Shown piece after piece: positions 1 to 9,899 of a DNA stretch of 64,000 nt. This stretch comes from Mustelus asterias (lineage: Eukaryota): positions 496,001 through 560,000 of the forward strand of contig NW_027590141.1 in the NCBI RefSeq assembly GCF_964213995.1, given 5' to 3'. The position numbers and the translations under genes were made by a program. Below the pieces are notes generated by a model. It was not told where the DNA came from. It made no database searches and saw only the letters and a list, made by a program, of their open reading frames with translations. Position 1 is the stretch's first letter; each line of letters opens with the position of its first letter.

Positions 1-632
1 AGAGTGGTGAAGAAGGCACTCAGCATGCTTGGTTTCATCGGTTAGAACATTGAATACAGGAGTTGGAATGTCTTGTTGAAGTTGTACAAGACATTGGTAA
101 GGCCACACTTGGAATACTGTGTGCAATTCTGGTCACCCTATTATAGAAAGGATAGTATTAAACTAAAAAGAGTGCAGAAAAGATTTAGTAGGATGCTACC
201 GGGACTTGATGGATTGAGTATAAGGAGAGGCTGAATGGACTGGAACTTTTTTCTCTGGAGCGTAGGAGGCTGAGGGGTGATCTTATAGAAGACTATAAAA
301 TAATGAGGGGCATAGACAAGGTAGATAGTCAATATCTTTTCCCAAAGGTAGGGGAGTCTAAAACAAGAGGGCACAGGTTTAAGGTGAGAGATACAAAAGT
401 GTCCAGAGGGGCAATTTGTTCACACAGAGGGTGGTGAGTGTCTGGAACAAGCTGTGGGTACAATTGTATCTTTTAAAAAGCATTTAGATAGTTACATGGG
501 TACGATGGGAATAGAGGGATATGGGCCAAATGTAGGCAATTGGGATTCGCTTCAGGGGTTTTAAAAAAAAGGGCGGCATGGACAAGTTGGGCCGAAGGGC
601 CTGTTTCCATGCTGTAAACCTCAATGACTCTG
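1..632 (+). mobile_element. CR1-clade (HER1-like) LINE 3' fragment
   Basis: Reads as the CR1 ORF2 C-terminus (LYKTLVRPHLEYCVQFWSPYYRKD...RRLRGDL), followed by the 3' tail ggccgaagggcctgtttccatgctgtaaacc; same family as 22075-22990. Confidence 0.9.
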
Positions 633-815
633 GCTGAAGAAATTCTTCCTCATCTCTGTTTTAAAGGATCATCCCTTTAGTCTGAGGTTGTGCCCTCTGG
701 TTCTAGTTTTTCCTACTAGTGGAAACATCCTCTCCACGTCCACTCTGTCCAGGCCTCGCCGTATCCTGTAAGTTTCAATAAATTCCTCCTCAACCTTCTA
801 AACTCCAACAAGTAC
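633..815 (-). mobile_element. CR1 LINE fragment
   Basis: Reverse strand encodes a degenerate LEFRRLRRNLLKLTGY...FPLVGKTRTRGHNL-type CR1 C-terminus. Confidence 0.7.
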
Positions 816-984
816 AAAAGCCGTGTAACCGCTTCAGGTAAGTATTCCGGGATGCAACCTCTCATACTGAATATGTACATGACCCATTAACTTCTCTCGG
901 CTGCAAACGTGAGGTGCAGCCTGGGAGTGGGTGAAGCTGTTTGAAAATCTGATGCTCAAATTTAGTCATTTTTCCGAGCACTAG

Positions 985-1792
985 GACCCGGTGGGAGCAG
1001 AAACACAAAGACCCGCCCCCTCACGGTTGCGTCACCAAGACACCAGCGCATGCGCTCTGCTCCCTGCTCAATCAAGATGGCAGCTGTTAACCTGAGCTTC
1101 GTCTCGGGAAAAAGACCCGAAACTGCAAACACGGGACCTACGGGCTCATATTCGATGCTTGAGGCCTTTAACAGGTATTTAGAAACCGTCTACGTCCATC
1201 CGCCGGTTCGATTGCTCCCTCTATGTTTCTGCATCCTTACCGGCTGCTGATGAGACACAGGAACTTCTCTCCAGTCGCTGTCACCCGCACTGCGCGTGCT
1301 GCAAACGCCTTTGCTTACTGCGCATGCGCACTTCCTCCCATGCGTGGAACAGGAAACTCTTCCGATTGGTCCGGAGCTGCGCATGTTTCAGGTCCCGCCC
1401 CTCATTCACTCCGATTGGTTAGAGGACCAGCCGCTCCCGCTCGGTCCTCCAGTCCCGCCCCCTCTTCCTATTGGTCCGGAGCTGCCGTCAATCAGCTCCC
1501 ATTGTGATGTGGAGCATGCGCAGTGTCATTGCTGGCCTTGGCGCTTGTTTGTCCCGGAGAAGCGGAGTCAGCGTTAGGCGGTGGCTGGGAGGATTTGGAA
1601 ACACTTTGTGGATCCGCAAACCCTTCAGAATCATTGTCAGCTCCCTGGTTTGCAGCTGCGGGGCTTCTCCCTCCCTCCCTCCCTCCCGGGAACAGGCCCA
1701 GGTTAACGGCCCCATCCTGGCTCAGCCACTGGAGGATGGTTCACATCAGAGGATGGGGGAGGGGGACAATAAATAAGAGGTTACACTTTGGC
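985..1792. promoter_or_regulatory. CpG-island promoter/first-exon module P1
   Basis: NRF1 GCGCATGCGC at 1046 and about 1320; YY1-like CAAGATGGC at 1073; three ATTGG (CCAAT) boxes; GC boxes; 1375-1792 is near-identical to 41845-42255 on the minus strand. Confidence 0.75.
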
Positions 1793-1868
1793 AGATGGAA
1801 TCCACGTGTACTGTGTATGAGGCTTGAACTGATCAACCAACCTGGAGAGAAACAAGGATACCAGCACC

Positions 1869-2795
1869 ACAGAGAAACCGTGTAAATGTGGGGATTGTGG
1901 AAAGGGATTCAAGTATCCATCTCGGCTGGAAATTGATCCACGCAGTCACACTGGAGAGAAACCATTCACCCGCTCTGTATGTGGGAAGGGATTCACTCAG
2001 TCAACCACTCTGCTGAGACACCAGCGATTTCACACAGGGGAGAGACCGTTCCCCTGTTGTGTGTGTGGGAAGGGATTCACTCAGTCATCTGAGCTTCTGA
2101 TACACTGGAGAGTTCATACTGGAGAGAAGCCATTCACCTGCTCTGTTTGTGGGAGGGGATTCACTCAGTTATCCCAGCTGCTGACACACCAGCGTGTTCA
2201 CACTAGGGAGAGGCCATTCACCTGCTCTGTGTGTGAGAAGCAATTCACTAATTCATCAAACCTGCTTACACACCAGCGAGTTCACACTGGCGAGAGACCA
2301 TACGTTTGTTCCATGTGTGAGAAAGGATTCACAACTTCATCCAACCTTTTGACACACCAGCGAATTCACACCCGGGAGAGGCCATTCACCTGTTCAGTGT
2401 GTGCGAGGGGATTCAGTCAGCGAGCCCACCTGCTGACACACCAGCAAGTTCACACCCAGGAGAGGCCATTCACCTGTTCAGTGTGTGAGAGGGGATTCAG
2501 TCAGCGAGCCCACCTGCTGACACACCAGCAAGTTCACACCCAGGAGAGGCCATTCACCTGTTCAGTGTGTGAGAGGGGATTCAGTCAGCGAGCCCACCTG
2601 CTGACACACCAGCAAGTTCACACCCAGGAGAGGCCATTCACCTGTTCAGTGTGTGAGAGGGGATTCAGTCAGCGAGCCCACCTGCTGACACACCAGCAAG
2701 TTCACACCCAGGAGAGGCCATTCACCTGTTCAGTGTGTGAGAGGGGATTCAGTCAGCGAGCCCACCTGCTGACACACCAGCAAGTTCACAAGTGA
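1869..2795 (+). CDS. C2H2 zinc-finger gene A (9 intact and 2 degenerate fingers; usual start missing)
   Basis: Frame is open from 1833 to the stop at 2795 with TGERPF linkers. The family start MEKPWKC reads TEKPCKC (ACA at 1869) and the first in-frame ATG is about 2313. May be a pseudogene or a short isoform. Confidence 0.75.
   Translation, partial: TEKPCKCGDCGKGFKYPSRLEIDPRSHTGEKPFTRSVCGKGFTQSTTLLRHQRFHTGERPFPCCVCGKGFTQSSELLIHWRVHTGEKPFTCSVCGRGFTQLSQLLTHQRVHTRERPFTCSVCEKQFTNSSNLLTHQRVHTGERPYVCSMCEKGFTTSSNLLTHQRIHTRERPFTCSVCARGFSQRAHLLTHQQVHTQERPFTCSVCERGFSQRAHLLTHQQVHTQERPFTCSVCERGFSQRAHLLTHQQVHTQERPFTCSVCERGFSQRAHLLTHQQVHTQERPFTCSVCERGFSQRAHLLTHQQVHK
2375..2790 (+). repeat. 84-bp coding tandem repeat, 5 copies
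   Basis: Five consecutive units encoding ERPFTCSVC(A/E)[16 protein letters not shown]; four are identical at DNA level by eye. Confidence 0.95.
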
Positions 2796-3424
2796 CTGAA
2801 GGGTTTGGATTCCACTGATGTTGCTGGCGTTCACTATACCCAGGACTGAACCGTGTTCATTCTGACAATTCAGGTTTGTCTCTCTGATGTCACCAACCAT
2901 AGTTCTGGCTGGAGTTTAAGATTCTAGTTAGTTAGCTGATTGCGTTCTTGGGCCTGCAGCCTCCCTTTAAGAATATGTGTCTGTGATCATTCCCCTGAAT
3001 TCAGAGAATTCCACCAGCAATCAGTTTGCCACAAATATTGAACTTTTACTTCAATCCTCAATTGATCTTTGATTCAAACTTGCCAATTTAGTGTCTGAGA
3101 GGTTCTACTGATGAACATCTCCAATTAGAAAGTGCTGATTAATCCTTGCTGACAATTCTTACTGACCTGCACATTACACACAGTGAGAGCTCCGTTATCC
3201 CCCAGAAAGAAGGGGAATGGGAATTGGTGGAGAATCAAGCGTTCCCAAATTTTACCCCTTCCGCCTGGTACTGAAATCCCCTCGGCCCGGGAATGAAGAC
3301 AGGTCCAATTGAAATAACAAACTGGTGTATATCTTTCATGAAAAAGGGGCTACAAAATCATCAGACAGGAGAGATTGGTATCAATCTTATTGAGTAAACA
3401 AGTAAACTAAATCAAATTAACTGA

Positions 3425-3618
3425 GGGGAGGGGATTGGTGTCAGTGTGGGGTTTATATCAGACAGGAGGAGATTGGTGTCAGTGTGGGGTTTCTATCAGA
3501 CAGGAGGAGATTGGTGTCAGTGTGGGGTTTTATATCAGACAGGAGGGGATTGGTGTCAGTGTGGGTTTTATATCAGACAGGAGGGGATTGGTGTCAGTGA
3601 CTGTGGGGTTTTATATCA
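3425..3618. repeat. About 39-40 bp minisatellite, about 5 copies
   Basis: Unit ggattggtgtcagtgtggggttttatatcagacaggag repeated; a partial unit lies near 3360. Confidence 0.9.
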
Positions 3619-3619
3619 T

Positions 3620-3722
3620 GATGTGGAGATGCCGGTGTTGGACTGGGGTAAACACAGTAAGAAGTTTAACAACACCAGGTTAAAGTCCAACAGGTTTATT
3701 TGGTAGCAAAAGCCACACAAGC
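3620..3722 (-). mobile_element. Penelope-like terminal (pLTR) segment, inverted relative to the adjacent ORF
   Basis: caacaccaggttaaagtccaacaggtttatttgg is shared with 21737-21885, 23945-24035, 41403-41687 and 60213-60474. Confidence 0.8.
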
Positions 3723-4484
3723 TTGGACACACGCATCTCCATTAAGGACGGTCACCTCAGCACCTCACTGTACCGCAAGCCCACGGATAACCTCACGATG
3801 CTCCACTTCTCCAGCTTCCACCCTAAACACGTTAAAGAAGCCATCCCCTACGGACAAGCCCTCCGTATACACAGGATCTGCTCAGATGAGGAGGATCGCA
3901 ACAGACACCTCCAAACGCTGAAAGATGCCCTCATAAGAACAGGATATGGCGCTCGACTCATTGATCAACAGTTCCAACGCGCCACAGCGAAAAACCGCAC
4001 CGACCTCCTCAGAAGACAAACATGGGACACGGTGGACAGAGTACCCTTCGTCGTCCAGTACTTCCCCGGAGCGGAGAAGCTACGGCATCTCCTCCGGAGC
4101 CTTCAACATGTCATTGATGAAGACGAACATCTCGCCAAGGCCATCCCCACACCCCCACTTCTTGCCTTCAAACAAGTGCACAACCTCAAACAGACCATTG
4201 TCCGCAGCAAACTACCCAGCCTTCAGGAGAACAGTGACCATGACACCACACAACCCTGCCACAGCAACCTCTGCAAGACTTGCCGGATCATCGACACAGA
4301 TGCCATCATCTCACGTGAGAACACCATCCACCAGGTACACGGTACATACTCTTGCAATTCGGCCAACGTTGTCTACCTGATACGCTGCAAGAAAGGATGT
4401 CCCGAGGCATGGTACATTGGGGAAACTATGCAGACCCTGCGACAACGGATGAATGAACACCGCTCGACAATCACCAGGCAAGAC
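3723..4484 (+). mobile_element. Penelope-like retroelement: RT C-terminus and N-terminal part of the GIY-YIG endonuclease
   Basis: Uninterrupted frame with TSLYRKPT..LHFSSFHP, PYGQALRIHRICS, a Cys linker CHSNLCKTC and VVYLIRC...WYIGET...RMNEH. Confidence 0.92.
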
Positions 4485-5131
4485 AGAGAATTCACACTGA
4501 GGAGAGGCCCTTCAGCTGCACTCACTGTGGGAAGAGGTTCAACAGCACATCCAGCCTCGCTACACACCAGCGGATTCACACTGGGGTGAAGCCATTCACC
4601 TGCTCTGTGTGCGGTGAGAGATTCACTCGGTCATCCGGCCTTTGGACACATCAGCGAATTCACACTGAGGAGAAACCGTTCAGCTGCACCTCCTGTGGAA
4701 AGAGTTTTGGACAGTCATCCACCCTGACTGCTCACCAACGCACTCACACCGGGGAGAGACCGTTCAGCTGCTCCATATGTGGGAAGAAATTCTCTCAGTC
4801 ATTTGATCTGGTGAGGCACCAGCGACTTCACACCGGGGAGAGACCATTCACCTGCTCGGTGTGTGGGAAGGGATTCGCTCAGTTATTCACCCTCCAGTCC
4901 CACCACCGCACTCACACTCAGGAGAATCCATTCAGCTGCAGTACCTGTGGAAAGAGTTTCAAGCAGTCATCCAACCTTCTGACTCACCAACGCACTCACT
5001 CTGGGGAGAGGCCTTTCACCTGCTCCTTGTGTGGAAAGGCATTCACAAGGTCCTCCAGCCTGCTGAGACACCAGCAAATTCATAATAGACTGCAAGGATT
5101 GGATTCTGCTTATAATCACAGCCAGGATTGA
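4484..5131 (+). pseudogene. 5'-truncated C2H2 zinc-finger gene B (7 intact fingers, no ATG)
   Basis: Finger frame starts at the Penelope junction ([15 protein letters not shown]...); in-frame TGA at 4454 upstream; fingers resemble those of the gene at 19943-20884. Confidence 0.8.
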
Positions 5132-5499
5132 TAGTCTGATAATATTGGTTCGATTTTGCTGATATTAACATCCCTATAAGTAGCTGGAGTTTAATATTCT
5201 GGAGATATCACTGATTTTCGGAGCTGCAATGTCCCTTTTTAAAAACACCTTCTGTGATCTTTCCCCCAAATTCAAGAATCCTTAACAAGAACCTGTTCAA
5301 CATAAAATGATGAACTTTACTTCAATCCTAAATTAATCTTTGATGCAAATCAGTGTGTGAGAGGTTCCACTGATTAACATCTCCAATTAGAAAGTCCTGA
5401 TTAATCCTTGCTGACAATTGTGACTGACGTCTTCACAGTGACACGTCCATTATGAAATTAAATATGAAGGAACATAAAATAGTGAAATATTCTACAGGC

Positions 5500-6425
5500 A
5501 CAGTTAAATCTTACATAAAATCCTTAACAATCAATATTGAAGTTGATGAAACTTGGAGGTCTCTGAGTTCACTCATTTCTGACACAGCAGCAGCAACATT
5601 TGGTAAAGGTGGCTCCCACAACAGACTGGTTTGAGACCCACTCAGCAGAGATGACACCTGTCATTGAAGCAAAAAGCAAAGCCAACCTGATGCTCAACAT
5701 AAACCCAACAGCTGGAACATTGCATCAGAAATTCTGAAAACAGATACTCTGTCAATAAACACCAGACAATCCTACACCAATAATTCCAAACTGCCTGTGA
5801 TAATGAACATCTCTGTGCGATGTATGATGGGATGAATATGATGCTTTGTCCTACAATCACCAAATTGTTCCCCTGAAATCGGCAGATGGTGAAGTTCTCA
5901 CCAACAGAAGTAAACCGATGTCCCACTGGGTTGAACACGACTGTGAGCTGTACTCCCGTGAGACGGATACCTCCCAGTCTCTGTTTGATTCTACTGCAGC
6001 TTCCTGTCATGGTTGAGTTGGACGAGGAATCCTCATCACTTGAGCTGGAAAAGGCCATTGATTGCGGAACAAGCAGAAAGGCTCCCAGCAAGGGAGTTCC
6101 AGCTGAACTGTTCAGACACGGAAAGTCCCATCGCTGCCACATCTTCATAACCTCCAGCTTCTCTGTTGGGAGGTAGGGCCTGTTCCACAGGAGATACGTG
6201 ACACAAAAATCTTCACAATATGCAAAACATGCAGTGACAGAGGAGATTGCAACAACTACAGGAACATCTCACTCCTTAGCATCACTGGGAAGGCCTTCAC
6301 TAGAGTCATGTTTAAACGACTCCAGCTATTTGCAGACTGAGTGTATCCAGAAGCACAGTGCGGTTTCTGTCCTGACAGATCTACAGTGAACATGATCTTC
6401 TCCACACACCAGCGACAAGAGGAGT
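5500..6425 (+). mobile_element. RTE-clade LINE fragment, degenerate
   Basis: Frameshifted pieces DWFETHSAEMTPVIEAK, ELEKAID..RKAP..VPAELF and DCNNYRNISLLSITGKAF...YPEAQCGF. Confidence 0.8.
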
Positions 6426-6644
6426 GAACAATTAGTATTGAATCTAAAATGCTGCCAGCTCCTGTGCTGAGAAAAGTGAAATGTTCTAATTACTGAGTGA
6501 AAGTGAACCTTTCAGTGTGAATTACAATTTACTTGTACAATTGGAAAAGGCACCAAAATGTTTAATTCTTAACTTAAGCTTTGAAGTTGTACTTCGGAGC
6601 TCACAAGCTGAGGGAAGCTCCACCCTCTTTAACTCTTTCTGACG

Positions 6645-7520
6645 TAGAAACATAGAAAAACTACAGCACAAACAGGCCCTTCGGCCCCACAAGTTGTGCC
6701 GAACACATCCCTACCTTCTAGACCTACCTATAACCCTCCATCCTATTAAGTCCGATGTACTCATCCAGGAGTCTCTTAAAAGACCCTATTGAGTTCGCCT
6801 CCACCACCACTGACGGCAGCCGATTCCACTCGCCCACCACCCTCTGTGTGAAAACCTTACCCCTAACATCTCCCCTGTACCTACCCCCCAGCACCTTAAA
6901 CCTGAGTCCTCTCGTAGCAGACATTTCCACCCTGGGAAAAAGCCTCTGAGAGTCCACCCGATCTATGCCTCTCAACATCTTATACACCTCTATTAGGTCT
7001 CCTCTCATCCTTCATCTCTCCAAGGAGAAAAGACTGAGCTCCCTCAGCCTATCCTCATAAGGCATGCCACTCAATCCAGGCAACATCCTTGTAAATCTCC
7101 TCTGCACCCTTTCAATCTTTTCCACATCCTTCCTATAGTGAGGCGACCAGAACTGAGCACAGTACTCCAAGTGGGGTCTGACGAGGGTCTTATATAGCTG
7201 CATCATTATCCCCGGACTCCTAAACTCAGTCCCTCAATTGATAAAGGCCAGCACACCATGCGCCTTCTTAACCACCTCCTCCACCTGCGGGCCGATTTCA
7301 GAGTCCTATGGACCCGGACCCCAAGGTCCTTCTGATCCTCTACAGTACTAAGAGTCTTTCCCTTTATATTGTACTCCTTCATCCCATTTGACCTACCAAA
7401 ATGGACCACGATGCATTTATCTGGGTTGAAGTCCATCTGCCACTTGTCCGCCCAGTCTTGCATCCTATCTATGTCCCTCTGTAACTTCTGACATCCCTCC
7501 AGGCTATCCACAACCCCACC
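6645..7520 (-). mobile_element. CR1 LINE 3' fragment
   Basis: ORF pieces 7206-7511, 7012-7206 and 6724-7008 (LQRDID..WQMDFNPDKC, RPHLEYC); tail ttctatgtttcta. Confidence 0.93.
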
Positions 7521-8761
7521 TTAGAAGGTTAACATTTACCTGTGAAAACGCACTTTTGTGGTTTAATTTTCCTTGAGTTATAATATATTTATTTGGAAAG
7601 ACACTTGAAGAATGAAGAAAAAAACATTTTGGAAAAACTGAGAAAAAATGCCAAAATAATTGGAAACACAAAGATCAAAATGGTGTTTGGTTCACCTTTG
7701 ATCTGAAAATAAAGTTGACATAATTGGAATATTTGCTTCACCCTTTTACAATCAGGCAGCACGGTGACAACTTAAACCAAAGATTCTGCTTTTTGAAGAT
7801 TTGACTTCATCCCATTTGTTATCATTTAAATCAAAGCTCCTGAGAATGGGAGATATGAGCGTTACCCCAAACTGATACAACTACCTGTACTTCTGCCTCT
7901 GATCTCAAAATACACTATTGTGTGAGTGTTCAATTGGACAGAAAGGTTTCCGCATTCTCCTGAAAGCGGGAGAAAGGGAAGCCCCATTTGGAATCAAACA
8001 TGGAAAAAATTCACACCAGCAAATGGGAATTGAAGTAATTCACTCTGAGTCTAGTTCAATGGAATAGACAAACAGGATATCCACGTACGTTCTTGTAGAA
8101 GTCAGGAAAGTGGAGATGAGTCAAGTAATAGTTTTCTCTTGGAGGTGTTTGTATCCTTGCTTGTGAACTTTAAAACAAACTGAATCAGATAACCTGGCCT
8201 CTGCCTGAAGACATTGGAACCATACAGAGAGAGAGATAAGCAAACATTTTCATATAGACACTTCCTTGCGATCACTTGAAAATCTAGGAATGGGTGTCTC
8301 AGATGGTACATGGAGCATCCTTTGGGATACCAGTGTGAGTGTGCAGATGTGATATGTCACATGTGGTGTAACTAACATGTGCCACTGCACTGAGGAACAA
8401 ACGTGTTCAGCTATTCGACAACAGAACAACATTGAGTGCTTAACATTGTCAGTAGAATGGGAAGATATTTTAATTTGTCAAGATATTGGCATATTTTGCA
8501 GAGAAACTGACTTTAAAACAATCAGGATAGAATGAAACACACATCAGAGGGAGTAAACTTAAGCTGAAGAGTGATCTAAATCTGGCTTTTGAAAATATCC
8601 ACAAGGTGGATGCAGGTGAGCAGAGAGCTGGAGAACCTTTGAAGTTTGTGCTTGAATGTTTGAACCAGATGTATTTACAACTCGTCAATAATTTAGAATT
8701 GTGTGAGATTATCTGCAGATGGGGAGGATGAATCAAAGTCGATGATTGTCACATTTACTGG

Positions 8762-9611
8762 TGTGATGTTACTGTGCATTTAAGAACTGTATTTTTAAAT
8801 CATGTTTTCTGCAGTTTGGGAGCAGGCCTTTGTTTTTCATTGTGGCATTGGCTGAATGTTTGTGTGTGCTTTTATTGCTGCTTAAATGGTTTGAATGGGT
8901 TTTTGTTTCTCTTTAATCTGGGCTCAATGCACTTTGTGAGTTTGAGTGTTGTGGGAAGAATGATTGACAGGTCAGGTTGGACAGGTTTTTTTTTCTCTCT
9001 CCCAAGAGTTCTTACTTTCAGTTTTGGTTGCTGGTTAGTTAGAAGGTGTTTGGACTCCAGACTGAAAGGCAGTATTTCTGTTCTCTCTCCTTGATATTAG
9101 AAATTCTGCTATATTGGAAGCAGTTTTTCTTGCCATCCTGGAGTGAAAGATCCTGATGTTGGTGATTTGCTGGGTAATGCCAGCTGTGGCTTTATCTCTA
9201 CCTCAAGGTGCTGGGAGTTTCCGGAATGGTGAAGTCAGAATTTCAATTCTCCAACCAAAGGACTAATTTCCAGAATCACATGAACATTCTTATTTTCTGT
9301 GCTAAACCTGTGACAGGTGTATGTTTGTAGGGAGGTTTGTCGTATTGGAACAGTGCATTTAGTTGTTAAGGTTTCTACAATATCACGGTTGTTTTCTTGT
9401 TTGTAATTGGCAAAAGCGATTGCTAATTTTCTTTCTATGTGTAAACTGTATTCTTAAATAAACTTTGTTTGATAAAATCTCCCCAGTGAGTCATTTGAAT
9501 CATACAATGTTTCACTGCAGGTATGTTTACCCCAGCCAAATTCAAACTGCAAAACCTGTGGTCCAGGCTGACTTCATAAATACTTTGGAGTTTCTGACCT
9601 CAATTATAATA
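8762..9611 (+). mobile_element. Possible solo LTR
   Basis: Non-coding and GT-rich, begins TG, has AATAAA near 9458 and an LTR-like end; no TSD confirmed. Confidence 0.3.
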
Positions 9612-9899
9612 CGGCAAAGTATTTACTTTTATTTCTGGTGACAACTCAAGGGTTTGTGTTGCTGATTCTGATCATTCTAGTACCTTTAGTTTTCTTGTCT
9701 ATGGAATGTAATCAAGAAATTAGGAAAACAATCTTGTAGCTTAGAATCGCTGGGTTATTCAGAAATCAGTTTTTGAGTAGACAGTGAAGCTAATCCTTTC
9801 TCAAGATGGGAGATTTGTAAGAAATCACAGTCTAATAACCTAATGAAAACTTCAGAAATGTATTACATATTGTAGGAATCGTTCTGTGTGTATCTACAA

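Noticed and set aside
1471-1776. Conserved small protein shared with ORF 41662-42222
   Set aside because: The similarity is explained by a recent DNA duplication, and a short (CTCC)n length difference shifts the frame between copies.
2061-2795. PRDM9 ortholog
   Set aside because: No KRAB, SSXRD or PR/SET exons are visible; only the repeat behaviour is similar.
3425-3618. About 40-bp repeats beside a nuclease ORF, suggesting an RNA-guided system
   Set aside because: Head-to-tail minisatellite without spacers; the nuclease is a truncated Penelope domain.
7520-8740. AT-rich stretch that might be a decayed gene or transposase (also 56430-57100)
   Set aside because: No motif could be recognised by eye; it needs a BLASTX search.
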